Assembly (NCBI GenBank): GCA_963675665.1
Contig: OY776510.1
Span: 1,920,001 to 1,984,000, forward strand
Source of the DNA: Spirochaetia bacterium
GTDB taxonomy: Bacteria; Spirochaetota; Spirochaetia; UBA9216
DNA: 64,000 nt
Direction: 5' to 3'
Below, piece after piece: positions 54,793 to 64,000 of this stretch (its first letter is position 1; every line of letters starts with the position of its first letter). A model generated the notes under the pieces. It was not told the origin of the DNA, searched no databases, and saw nothing but the letters and a program-made list of their open reading frames with translations. The position numbers were made by a program, and so were the translations under genes.

Positions 54793-56595
54793 AACAGGGA
54801 GCTCGATCAGAAATTGAGCTCCCTTCCCGATATCCCTGCCGATTGTGATGTTCCCCTCATGTTTTGTGATAATGCTATGGATAATTGACAAACCCATACC
54901 CAGATGGGTCCCGGTTTTTGTTTTTGTCGAGAAAAAAGGAAGAAAAATATCGCTTATAATATCTGTCGAAATTCCGGGGCCATTATCCTCAAATGTTAAT
55001 TTTAGTTTATCATTAGTATTCTCAAGAGTGATATTGATCTCTCCATTTCCTGTCAGAACATCATTACTGTTTCTTATTAAATTTAACATAATTTGTTTAT
55101 ATTCGTTTTGGGTTATCGGACAAAATGCAAGATCCTCAAGTTTATTTAGAAGATTGATTCTCAACCCGTCATATTGCGGATTATGTTTGATAAAGCTTAT
55201 TATTTGGGCTGTTGTTTCATAAATATTGACATAGTCGTTCTTTGTCGGGTTTTTATCCGAAAAGGATATAAGGTTGTCGACTACATTCTCAATGAAATCC
55301 AACTCCTCTCTTATATGATCATACAGTTCAATATCTTCAGACTTTGTTCTTTTAAACAACAGCAGGTTAGAGAAACTGTTCAGGGCCTCGAGAGAGTTGT
55401 TAATTTCATGGGCAATGCCTGCGGACAGAATACCAATTGAGGAAAGATTCTGTGCGAGGATAAGTTTTTCCTGCAAAGTCACAAGTTCAGAAACATCTTC
55501 AATTAAAAAAATATTCCCGATATTCATACTGTCTTCTGTAATCGGTAAAATTTTTATATTTACACTCGTCTGTCTGTTCCCTATTATCATCGGGACATGG
55601 TAAAAACTGTGAATTTGATTTGTATTTGATGATTCTTCAATTATATGAAGAAATGAATTATTATTCTTTGCAAAAAAATCATTAAGCCGGCTTTTCAGGT
55701 AGTCTTCATTTTCAATATTAAAATATTTCTTGAAATAGTTGTTTACCATTATAATTTCCATTTGACGATTTGTAACAATTATATTTGACGGAAGGCTTTC
55801 AAGAATTGCTTCGTTGAATTTCAGGAAATGATAAAATGACTTATTTAATTCTTCCATATTATATGTAAGCGAAGGATTTGTGTATGTAAGTCTGATAAGA
55901 TTAATTTTGTCAATGCTGTCTATTTTATCCGAAAAGATTATTTCGCCGTTTTTTATTATACTGACTCTTTCGGCGATATCGTAAATATAACTTATTTTTG
56001 TTGTAAAGAATAATACTGATCCACCTTTTTGGGAGTAATCCTTAAGTATCTCGTAAACCCTGACAAGATCCGCCGAGTTGATTTTGGAAAACATCTCGTC
56101 AATAATCAGCAATTCAGGAACAGGTTCCAGCTTGTTTAATAATTCAAGAATTGCAATATCTGATTGATTAAGATTTTTAAGCTGTGCAAAGGGGTCGATA
56201 TCAAAACCATACTTGTGAAAGTCTCTTTTTGCCATACTCACAAATCTTTTTCTGCTGCTGAAGCCTATTATATGTTTGCTAAACTTGTTGTGGTACAGAT
56301 ACTCCCCGGCTATAAAGGCCTGATTAAGAATAAGATGCTGGGGTACCATGGTTATTGACGGTTTATTTTTTATTCTGGCAAGTTTAGAATGGGTTTGCCC
56401 CCGGTATGTAAATGTTCCGGAAGAATTCAGCAATTGATTTTTCAGCAGTTTTCCCAGCAATGTTTTTCCGGCTCCGGATTCTCCGATTATTGCATGAACC
56501 TCGCCCCTGTTTAAATCAAGATTTATTATATTCAGATACATTTTATCTTTAAAATGGACTTTTATATTGTTCAGACTTAATAACGGATTAATCAT
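54781..56595 (-). CDS. Soluble histidine kinase with N-terminal degenerate sugar-ABC ATPase domain, PAS, HisKA and HATPase
   Basis: GEVHAIIGESGAGKT, MVPQ, LLIIDE, PAS-like segment, SAGIAHEINNSL, NLIRNS, EDNGPGI and GMGL. ATG 56595 overlaps the regulator stop (ATGA). Confidence 0.88.
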   Translation of the reverse strand: MINPLLSLNNIKVHFKDKMYLNIINLDLNRGEVHAIIGESGAGKTLLGKLLKNQLLNSSGTFTYRGQTHSKLARIKNKPSITMVPQHLILNQAFIAGEYLYHNKFSKHIIGFSSRKRFVSMAKRDFHKYGFDIDPFAQLKNLNQSDIAILELLNKLEPVPELLIIDEMFSKINSADLVRVYEILKDYSQKGGSVLFFTTKISYIYDIAERVSIIKNGEIIFSDKIDSIDKINLIRLTYTNPSLTYNMEELNKSFYHFLKFNEAILESLPSNIIVTNRQMEIIMVNNYFKKYFNIENEDYLKSRLNDFFAKNNNSFLHIIEESSNTNQIHSFYHVPMIIGNRQTSVNIKILPITEDSMNIGNIFLIEDVSELVTLQEKLILAQNLSSIGILSAGIAHEINNSLEALNSFSNLLLFKRTKSEDIELYDHIREELDFIENVVDNLISFSDKNPTKNDYVNIYETTAQIISFIKHNPQYDGLRINLLNKLEDLAFCPITQNEYKQIMLNLIRNSNDVLTGNGEINITLENTNDKLKLTFEDNGPGISTDIISDIFLPFFSTKTKTGTHLGMGLSIIHSIITKHEGNITIGRDIGKGAQFLIELPVITP

Positions 56596-57911
56596 TTTTT
56601 CTCTTGGCATGGAATCTTATATTTATCGATTTTATTGTAAAGGGTTTTTCTGGATATTCCCAATTCTTCTGCTGTCCGTTTCTTGTTAAATTTATTTTTC
56701 CTCAACGAGTTGAAGATTGTATTGTATTCAACATTGGCGATAGGGCTGGGATTAAAATTGGAGTTCTTTAAACTGTATAAATTGTGCGGCAGGTCTGATA
56801 TTTTGATATTATTATCAGTACAAACCGCAGAAGCATATTCAATAACATTTTTGAGTTCGCGAATATTCCCCGGCCAATGATATTTACAAAGCAGTTTTAT
56901 AACTTCCTTGTCAATTGAAATACTATTGTCTGATATTTCAATAAAATGAGTAATCAGCAGCGGTATGTCCTCACGTCTTTCCCTTAAAGGGGGAATCTCA
57001 AATATTACAGTATTTAACCTGAAATATAGGTCCTCCCGGAATGTGTTATTATGCATCATCTGTTGTATATTTTTATTTGTTGCCGCTATAAATCTTGTAT
57101 TTATTTTGATAATTTCATCTCCGCCAAGCCTTCTTATTTCATTGTTTTGCAAAGTTCGTAGTATCTTTGCTTGGATATCCAGAGACATATCGCCTATCTC
57201 ATCAAGAAACAGGCTGCTGTTATCAGCACGTTCGAATACGCCTTTATATTGTCTGTCTGCACCTGTGAAAGCTCCTCTTTCATGTCCGAAAAGTTCATTG
57301 TCGAGCAGGTTCTCCTGAAAAGCAGCGCAATTAATTTTCAGTATTCTGTTTTCTTTTCGGGGAGAATGAAAGTGCAGTTTCTCGGCTATATTTTCTTTTC
57401 CGACACCATTTTCGCCCAAGATAAGGACAGGTAGGTTTGTCGGCCCTATCTTTTCAATCCTGCTGATTATTTCAAGCATTCTTGGGTTCTGGGTAATTAT
57501 CCGGGTTTCAAATGAGTCTTCAGATGTTTTTTTATCAATACTTTTAAAATTGTTTAGTATGGAACTTTTAACTGTATTATAAAGCTGATCGTATTTAATC
57601 GGTTTCTGAATATAATCATATGCCCCGTATTTCATTGCGTCAACAGCAGACACTACAGTTCCAAAGCCGGTTATTATGATGACAGGTACTGACGGAATCA
57701 TTTTTTTTAATTTTTTCAGGACCTCTATGCCGTTCTCATCGCCCAACATTAAATCAAGAAGAATACAATGCGGATTAAATTTGATAATACGATGAAATAC
57801 ACTTTTAGAAGAGAGCGCGTATTCCGCTTGATATCCATTTTTTTCGAAGTTTTTCTTCAGGCCTATACAAATATTTTCTTTATCATCTATAATAAAAAGT
57901 CTGTATTTCAT
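56592..57911 (-). CDS. Sigma54-dependent NtrC-family response regulator
   Basis: REC (IIDD, LLDLML), GENGVGKE, GAFTGA, FLDEIGD, WPGNIREL and Fis HTH. Confidence 0.95.
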   Translation of the reverse strand: MKYRLFIIDDKENICIGLKKNFEKNGYQAEYALSSKSVFHRIIKFNPHCILLDLMLGDENGIEVLKKLKKMIPSVPVIIITGFGTVVSAVDAMKYGAYDYIQKPIKYDQLYNTVKSSILNNFKSIDKKTSEDSFETRIITQNPRMLEIISRIEKIGPTNLPVLILGENGVGKENIAEKLHFHSPRKENRILKINCAAFQENLLDNELFGHERGAFTGADRQYKGVFERADNSSLFLDEIGDMSLDIQAKILRTLQNNEIRRLGGDEIIKINTRFIAATNKNIQQMMHNNTFREDLYFRLNTVIFEIPPLRERREDIPLLITHFIEISDNSISIDKEVIKLLCKYHWPGNIRELKNVIEYASAVCTDNNIKISDLPHNLYSLKNSNFNPSPIANVEYNTIFNSLRKNKFNKKRTAEELGISRKTLYNKIDKYKIPCQEKK

Positions 57912-58090
57912 ATTTATTTTTTCCAGCTGATCAAATCAACCAGATTAATAGAATTGCCTCCGATCTTTTAATAGATCCAATTATTGTACATTGTACACTA
58001 AAATTGAATGGCTGTATATAAATTTCAGTTTATTGATATTATTCTGCTGTGCCGGAAAGTTAATTGGGATGTGTTGTTTGAATTATAGAT

Positions 58091-58129
58091 AAACCTCTGA
58101 TAACACTAAATCAATGTTGTCAGAGGTTT
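58091..58129 (-). terminator. Long hairpin downstream of the minus-strand ABC operon
   Basis: aaacctctgataaca-ctaaatcaa-tgttgtcagaggttt, 15 bp with one mismatch or wobble. Confidence 0.6.
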
Positions 58130-58152
58130 GCTTAATATAAGCAGTTAATAAG

Positions 58153-58677
58153 TTATTCCGGAAAAAATTTCACTTCGCTGGTTTCAGTCCAGGGGATGTC
58201 CGGCGGTGTGCCGAAATTTTTCACCATTTCGATACGTATGTACTTTGCATTTACAGGCTTATCCAGTTTGAAGGTCTGCCAGCTTTCCTCTTTTTTAATT
58301 TTGCATTCTAGGACCTTTGTCCATTCGACCGAATCTATATCATCCAGATCAGATTTAAGCTCCCGCGGAGCTTCTGTATTGCAGATATAGATATTAATGT
58401 CGCTTGCGAGTTCTTCCAGTATGCTTATCGGCAGTCCGACGTTTGTGAAAAACCTGACTGTTTTGACGGGCTGCTCTTCCCCGAAAAAACTCAGAATTAC
58501 GTTTACCGGCCCCATTGTATTGGCGCCGTATGTTCCTCCGCTGCGTTCAATATCATCATCGATTATGTTGAGTACCCAGAAAAGCGGGTTGCTTTCCGTG
58601 TGACTGGCCCATTCAATCCTGGTGTAATAGGAGCCGTCGCGTCTGAGCCCCAGCGGATATAGTTCTTTATTATTCAT
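58153..58677 (-). CDS. Stand-alone discoidin/F5-8 type C (galactose-binding-like) domain protein
   Basis: N.IDDD..., W..V, WQTF.L..PVNAKYIRIE...NFG and C-terminal SEVKFF. RBS GGAGG; no signal peptide. Confidence 0.6.
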   Translation of the reverse strand: MNNKELYPLGLRRDGSYYTRIEWASHTESNPLFWVLNIIDDDIERSGGTYGANTMGPVNVILSFFGEEQPVKTVRFFTNVGLPISILEELASDINIYICNTEAPRELKSDLDDIDSVEWTKVLECKIKKEESWQTFKLDKPVNAKYIRIEMVKNFGTPPDIPWTETSEVKFFPE

Positions 58678-58692
58678 GTCATTCCTCCAATA

Positions 58693-59655
58693 TTATGCGG
58701 CGTTGTCCACGCCGATTCGTTTTTTACGGAATTTTTCAGATTGCGACTGCGCAACAACCACACCGAGCAGCAGAAGGGCAGTGAAGATGTTTATCCACCA
58801 GACCATTACGTTGAAACGGCCCAACAGCGTTTCAATTACTGCATAGATGAGTACGCCGTAAACGGTTCCGCTGCAGTTGCCGCGCCCTCCTGTCAGAAGT
58901 GTGCCTCCGAGAACAACGGATGCTATTGCAGTCAGCTCCCAGCCCTGTCCGGCTGTGTTCTGGGCCGAACTGAGCCTTGCCGTAAGCAGCAGGCCTGCAA
59001 GGCCTGAACAGAAGCCGCTGATCCCGTATACAATCATTTTTACTTTTACAACATTTATGCCCATCATCTTGGCGGCTTCTTCATTGCCTCCGACTGCATA
59101 GACTTCCCGCCCGAATTTTGTGTAGTTCAGAACGATGATCGAAATAAATACAATGACAGCGAAAAGCCAGATCAGAATTGGGAAACCCAGGAAGTTTCCC
59201 TGTCCCAGTCTTGTGAATGAGTCCGAGATTTCTTTCAGTCCCAGTGGTTTCTCGCCGGAGATAATCAGAGATGCGCCTCTTGCTCCCATCATCATTGCAA
59301 GGGTTGCAACAAAAGGCGGAACCTTAAGCTTTCCGACGACAAAACCGTTAAAAAGACCCAGAGCTGCGCCGGCTACCAGCGGTACAATAATGGGCAGAAG
59401 CCAGAAGCTGTCTGTGAGTACTGCGGCGCTGAACCCTGCAACTGCCGCTATTGAGCCGACAGAAAGATCAATTCCGCCGGTAAGAATAATAAATGTCATT
59501 CCGACTGCGACAATTCCCACCATGCTGTAACCTCTTACTATATCCATTGCAACATTAAACGAAAGAAGTGAGGGGAATTTTATGATGCCGAAGAGAATCA
59601 GCAACAGCAAAGCGGATAGTGCCGCCCGCTTTTTGAAAAAATTGAAAATAAACAT
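58693..59655 (-). CDS. Sugar ABC permease (YjfF-like)
   Basis: GMTFIILTGGIDLSVGS, GGNEEAA.MMG and EL.AIASVVLGGTLLTGG. Confidence 0.9.
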   Translation of the reverse strand: MFIFNFFKKRAALSALLLLILFGIIKFPSLLSFNVAMDIVRGYSMVGIVAVGMTFIILTGGIDLSVGSIAAVAGFSAAVLTDSFWLLPIIVPLVAGAALGLFNGFVVGKLKVPPFVATLAMMMGARGASLIISGEKPLGLKEISDSFTRLGQGNFLGFPILIWLFAVIVFISIIVLNYTKFGREVYAVGGNEEAAKMMGINVVKVKMIVYGISGFCSGLAGLLLTARLSSAQNTAGQGWELTAIASVVLGGTLLTGGRGNCSGTVYGVLIYAVIETLLGRFNVMVWWINIFTALLLLGVVVAQSQSEKFRKKRIGVDNAA

Positions 59656-59668
59656 CGCTCAAGCTCCT

Positions 59669-60628
59669 TTAATCTTTTTTACGGTACACGTTGGGTATAA
59701 CTGCCAGAATAAGAATTGCTGCCTTTGCCACCTTTCCCCAGCTGGAGAGTATGCCGTTCATATTTACCGTCATGACTACCAGCTGCATAATCAGGGCGCC
59801 GATTATTGTTCCCCAGAGATATGCCTTGCCTCCGTTCAGGGATGTTCCGCCGACGGCTACAGCGGCTATTGCATTCATCTCCATGTTTATTCCCATCCGG
59901 GCCGCTTCCGCCTGGCTTTCCCGTCCTACTTCGATTACCGATGCAATACCGGCTGCAAAAGCGCTGATAATATAGACAAGGGCTGTAATTTTAAAGGTAT
60001 CTATTCCGGTAAAGTTTGCTGCTGTGCGGTTATTGCCTATGCACTGTATCTGGCTGCCGAAAACTGTTCTTTTAATGATAAAAACAGCTGCGACGGTGAA
60101 AATTAATATCAGTGCAAACTGCAGCGGCATTCCCTGCTTCCAGAAACGGAATGAAGCGATGGTGTTTAACGGTGTGTAGGAGAACGGTACAGGCCTTCCT
60201 GCCGTCACTACCTGGGCAAACCCGCGGATGGCCAGCATGGTCACAAGAGTCATGACTATAGGCTGTACTTCGAATTTTGCAATAAAATATCCGTTTACTG
60301 CGCCGACGAGAATACCGATTGAGAGTGCAACGATTATACAAATAATCAGCGGAATTCCGGATACCATCATCGCGGCCAGGATTGTACCTGTCAGAGCCAT
60401 TGTTGCCCCTACGGAAATATCAATGCCGCCGGAGGATATCACAAAGGTCATGCCGAGACCCACTATAGCAATCGGAAAAGCCTGTACAACCAGAAGCCAG
60501 AGCGTTCTCAGGCTTAAAAAATTATTTGTAAATATACAGTTGAATATTACCATTACCAGCAGAAAAATTGCTGCGCCCCACTTCTGAATAAAAGAAGCAT
60601 CGTAATTATCAGTTTTTATCCCTTTCAT
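59669..60628 (-). CDS. Sugar ABC permease (YtfT-like)
   Basis: GMTFVI.SGGIDISVGA, QPIV.TL..M.A.RG.AQ and EM.AIAAVAVGGTSL.GG. Confidence 0.9.
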   Translation of the reverse strand: MKGIKTDNYDASFIQKWGAAIFLLVMVIFNCIFTNNFLSLRTLWLLVVQAFPIAIVGLGMTFVISSGGIDISVGATMALTGTILAAMMVSGIPLIICIIVALSIGILVGAVNGYFIAKFEVQPIVMTLVTMLAIRGFAQVVTAGRPVPFSYTPLNTIASFRFWKQGMPLQFALILIFTVAAVFIIKRTVFGSQIQCIGNNRTAANFTGIDTFKITALVYIISAFAAGIASVIEVGRESQAEAARMGINMEMNAIAAVAVGGTSLNGGKAYLWGTIIGALIMQLVVMTVNMNGILSSWGKVAKAAILILAVIPNVYRKKD

Positions 60629-62154
60629 TTGTCCCTCTCATGAACTCTGGCCATTGCATTCATCAGGTTCTTTTCGGAAATCTCCTCTCCGATAAACTCT
60701 CCGGCCTTTCTGCCTTCGGAAAGTACTGCAATCCGGTCGCATGCCCTTACCAGTTCTTCAACTTCGGAAGAAATCATCAGGACGCCGATATTATCATCTG
60801 CAAGTCCTTTGATAATTTCTTCAATTTCTTTTTTCGCTCCGACATCTATTCCCCGTGTCGGTTCGTCGAGAATCAGAAGTTCAGGATTAAGACACAGCCA
60901 TCTTGCAAGCAGAACCTTTTGTTGATTTCCTCCGGAAAGGTTTTTTATAAGCTGATTTTCACTGGGGGTCTTGATTCTGAGAATATCAATAAATTTATTA
61001 ACAATTTCATTTATCCTGGTTTCATCTTTAAGCCCGAATTTACTTATCCGCGGCAGAAGTGCAACAATCAGGTTGTCCTTGATGGACATGTCGGGGAATA
61101 TCCCCTCGGCTTTTCTGTCTTCAGAACAGAAGCCCATTCCACTCTTAATGGCTTCCAGTGATTTCTTTAACACAACCTCGTTGCCATGAATACTGACAGT
61201 TCCGGAATCTCTCTCGTCAATACCGAAAAGCACTCGTGCAAATTCAGTTCTGCCGGATCCGAGCAGCCCCGATAACCCTACAACCTCGCCTTTTTTCAGC
61301 TCCAGGCTCAGGTCTCTGAGTTTGATGCCTGACGCTATGCCCTGACTTTTGCAGATGGTTTCTCCGGTAATCGGTTTATAATCTTTTTTATAATCAAGAA
61401 CAGTTGATGCGTTTCTTCCGATCATTCTGGTAACAAGGTCAAGCTTGTCGGTTTCCGAGGTCGGCATGGTCCCAACCATTTTGCCGTCCCTGAGAATGGT
61501 AACCGTATCAGCTATTTCAAAAATCTCATCCAGCCTGTGCGAGACAAAGATTATTGAAATACCGTTTGACTTGAGATCATTTATAATTTTAAAAAGAATC
61601 TTTACTTCATGTTCGTCAAGAGAAGATGTCGGTTCGTCCATGACAACCAGTTTAGCCTGTGTGGAAATAGCACGGGCAATGGCCGTCAGCTGGGAAATCG
61701 CGGTGCTGCATTCTTCAAGGGGTTTCAGGGTATCCATTTCAAGTCCGAAATTATCCAGAAAAATTGCTTTGGATTCTTTCTCCATTAAAGTCCAGTCGAT
61801 TAACCCCGTCTTTTTCCGCGGCTGTCTTCCGATGAAAATATTCTCGGCAATTGAAAGATATGGTATCAGGTTAAGTTCCTGATAGATTGTGCTTATTCCG
61901 ATGTGCTGGGCTTCCAGCGGCGACTGCGGTCTGATCGAGTCTCCGTCAAGCAAAATCGAGCCCTCGTCCATACTGAAAACACCGGTGAGAATTTTGATTA
62001 ATGTTGATTTTCCGGCGCCGTTTTCTCCCATTAAAGCGTGTACTTCATTTCTTTTTACTGTGAAATCGACATTCTGAAGGGCCTGGACGCCGGTGAATGA
62101 TTTTGAAATATTCGACATTTCAAGCAGGTTGTTAGTATCCAATTTAAACCTCAC
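60625..62154 (-). CDS. Sugar ABC ATP-binding protein (YtfR-like)
   Basis: GENGAGKSTLIK.LTG, DEPTSSLD, GLLGSGRTE and LSGGNQQK. Confidence 0.93.
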   Translation of the reverse strand: MRFKLDTNNLLEMSNISKSFTGVQALQNVDFTVKRNEVHALMGENGAGKSTLIKILTGVFSMDEGSILLDGDSIRPQSPLEAQHIGISTIYQELNLIPYLSIAENIFIGRQPRKKTGLIDWTLMEKESKAIFLDNFGLEMDTLKPLEECSTAISQLTAIARAISTQAKLVVMDEPTSSLDEHEVKILFKIINDLKSNGISIIFVSHRLDEIFEIADTVTILRDGKMVGTMPTSETDKLDLVTRMIGRNASTVLDYKKDYKPITGETICKSQGIASGIKLRDLSLELKKGEVVGLSGLLGSGRTEFARVLFGIDERDSGTVSIHGNEVVLKKSLEAIKSGMGFCSEDRKAEGIFPDMSIKDNLIVALLPRISKFGLKDETRINEIVNKFIDILRIKTPSENQLIKNLSGGNQQKVLLARWLCLNPELLILDEPTRGIDVGAKKEIEEIIKGLADDNIGVLMISSEVEELVRACDRIAVLSEGRKAGEFIGEEISEKNLMNAMARVHERDK

Positions 62155-62158
62155 ATAA

Positions 62159-62182
62159 ACAGCCGGGCATTAGCCCGGCTGT
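62159..62182 (-). terminator. Stem-loop after SBP gene
   Basis: acagccgggc-atta-gcccggctgt. Confidence 0.65.
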
Positions 62183-62200
62183 GATAAATCTCTTTTACTG

Positions 62201-63286
62201 TCAGAGTGCTTCGTGGTACAGTTTGGTTACATTTGAAGCGTCGTATACCTTACCCGGCACTACTACCCTCATCGGGACTTCCTTTCCTGCTTCAAGCGCT
62301 TCGATAATATCGAATACAAGTGTTCCGAGAGCTGCGGTACATTCTACGGAAGCTCCGAGTTCTCCGGCTATGATTCCGTCAAAGGCTTCTTTATATCCGC
62401 ACATTGAAACTGTAACAATTTCGCCGTTTTTGATGTCTGTTCCGGGAGTATAACCGGCGGCTTTGAGCGCCTGCGCGGCGGCAATAGCTGCATCATCAAC
62501 ATGTCCGAACACGCAGTTGAACTGGCCGTCATAAGCCTGGATGATGTTTTCCATTGCAGCAAGTGATTCGGCCCTTCCGAAATTCCCGTCTGCTGAGGTT
62601 ACAATATTGAAATTACCGTCATTCTCAGCGAACATCCGGAATCCTTCGCTGAGGTCCCTGGCTACAGATGAACCGGCAGTTCCGGTAATTTCAACAGCGT
62701 TTATTGTCTGGTTGCCGAATTCTGATCTCAGCCATTTGGCTGCATCGTGTCCGACCTGAACAAAGTCTCCGAGAACGCTGCAGACATAATCTTCTCCGCG
62801 TACGCCGGCGGCTTCCCTGTCGGAAAGAATGACAGGCACGCCTTTTTTGGCGGCTTCAGCAAGCGCGGGGCCGAGGCCTTCGTATTCGTACGGTGAGAGA
62901 ACAAGGTAGTCTACGCCTTCATTAAGAATATCAATAACATCCCTGTTCTGTTTTTCTATTGAAGACTGGGCATCCCTGTAAACAAGCTCAATCCCGCGCA
63001 CTTTTGCTGCATGTTGAAAAGATTCGTTGTTAACAATCCTCCATGTATTGTTGACTTCCATCTGTGAAAAGCCTACTTTCAAAGGTCTTCCGGGATTAAC
63101 AGGGTCAATACTAATCTTTCCGTATTTCTCTCCGTTCATCAGTTCAACATCCTGAACATCGTCAAGTGTATACTCAACGCGCAGATATTCGTCTTCTTCA
63201 GAGTCCTGTTGTCCTCCTGCAAATAAAGCAGGTGCGCTCAGTACCAGAATGAGCACGCAGGCAACCAGTAAAAATCTTTTTTTCAT
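62201..63286 (-). CDS. Sugar ABC substrate-binding protein (YtfQ/galactofuranose-type family)
   Basis: Signal peptide then FAGGQQD. VGFSQ.....WR, DAQ, V.LSDR, GTAGSS and H.DD.A..A..AL..AG..PG.DI. Confidence 0.85.
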   Translation of the reverse strand: MKKRFLLVACVLILVLSAPALFAGGQQDSEEDEYLRVEYTLDDVQDVELMNGEKYGKISIDPVNPGRPLKVGFSQMEVNNTWRIVNNESFQHAAKVRGIELVYRDAQSSIEKQNRDVIDILNEGVDYLVLSPYEYEGLGPALAEAAKKGVPVILSDREAAGVRGEDYVCSVLGDFVQVGHDAAKWLRSEFGNQTINAVEITGTAGSSVARDLSEGFRMFAENDGNFNIVTSADGNFGRAESLAAMENIIQAYDGQFNCVFGHVDDAAIAAAQALKAAGYTPGTDIKNGEIVTVSMCGYKEAFDGIIAGELGASVECTAALGTLVFDIIEALEAGKEVPMRVVVPGKVYDASNVTKLYHEAL

Positions 63287-63402
63287 ACAATCCTCCTGAT
63301 ATGTATACTGTGTGTTTAAACAACCCTATCGTAAGCCCACGGATTTTTGAATTAAATATTTTTGGAACAGTTTTAAAACTTTTTGAATTCCCGCTTTTCA
63401 GA

Positions 63403-63449
63403 TTGACATCTGCTATGTCTGAATTTAATGTGCAATGTATACAATGCAC
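63403..63449 (+). promoter_or_regulatory. Sigma70 promoter with overlapping palindromic operator
   Basis: TTGACA(63403)-17 bp-TAATGT. Near-perfect palindrome gtgcaatgtatacaatgcac at 63430-63449 with a TGTATACA core. Confidence 0.55.
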
Positions 63450-63466
63450 TATGTGAGGGAGAGTTG

Positions 63467-64000
63467 ATGGGAAAAATAATCAAGCAGCGTGAGGTTACAT
63501 TATTTCTGGTTGTTGTATTAATGATGATAACCCTTAGCGTTACAAGTCCTATCTTTTTTAAAGTTTCAAATTTCCTGTCTCTGGCCAGGAGTTTTTCCAT
63601 AGAAGGGATTGTCCTGATAGGCATGACAGTTTTACTTGTATCCGGTTACATGGATCTGTCGGCAGGATCGGTTATGGCGCTGTCCGGTGTTTTTGCAGCT
63701 TTACTCATAGAAGCGGGAATGCCGTTTATTATTGCTGTTGCAGGAGCTGTTACCGTCGGACTTTTATGCGGTTTTATAAACGGCTGGATAATTACCAAAT
63801 TCAAAATTCATCCGTTTATTATAACTTTTGGAATGATGTCGATAGCAAGAGGCATTGCCCTGTCAATTACGCAGGGACAGCCCATCAGAATATTTAACGA
63901 GTCATTTGATTTTATCGGTCAGGCGGCAGTGTTCGGAATACCGCTTGTAACCATAATTTTTCTGCTGTTTGTAATTTTCTTTGATTTCTGTATGAGAAAG
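63467..64000 (+). CDS. Sugar ABC permease (RbsC family), 3'-truncated by window edge; absent from ORF track
   Basis: RBS GGGAGAG. MGKIIKQREVTLFL...GMT.LLVSG.MDLSAGS...NG......I.PFI.T.GMM.IARG, open to 64000. Confidence 0.9.
   Translation, partial: MGKIIKQREVTLFLVVVLMMITLSVTSPIFFKVSNFLSLARSFSIEGIVLIGMTVLLVSGYMDLSAGSVMALSGVFAALLIEAGMPFIIAVAGAVTVGLLCGFINGWIITKFKIHPFIITFGMMSIARGIALSITQGQPIRIFNESFDFIGQAAVFGIPLVTIIFLLFVIFFDFCMRK

Overview
Gene-dense bacterial catabolic region, probably from an anaerobic Spirochaetales-type organism (inferred from the FAGGQQE-type binding-protein N-termini and an RfuA-like transporter). (1) 1-27.7 kb: one co-oriented cluster with a hydantoinase B, an opine-dehydrogenase-family enzyme, a divergent transcarbamylase, a selenocysteine-dependent Grd reductase (grdB and grdA are split at in-frame UGA in the ORF track; the GrdE-like subunit lacks the pyruvoyl-forming Cys; GrdC-GrdD are fused), AOR, Xdh, an amidohydrolase, a divergent DHOD/PreA-like flavoprotein, an RfuABCD-like (riboflavin-type) ABC importer and a dehydrogenase/FGGY kinase/class I aldolase trio. 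selB and selA follow on the opposite strand. I infer this may be an undescribed anaerobic riboflavin (N-ribityl heterocycle) catabolic pathway. (2) 32-58 kb: two sigma54-dependent sugar/polyol operons, one with an uncharacterised glycyl radical enzyme. Each is paired with an NtrC-type regulator and an unusual soluble histidine kinase whose N-terminus is a degenerate sugar-ABC ATPase domain. (3) 58-64 kb: a YtfQRT/YjfF-like ABC operon and a partial permease. Non-coding highlights: an array of seven hairpins between grdE and grdA with recurring loops, a related hairpin at 32.3 kb, and a perfect palindrome made of the last codons of two convergent genes. All family calls come from motif recognition by eye; no database search was run.
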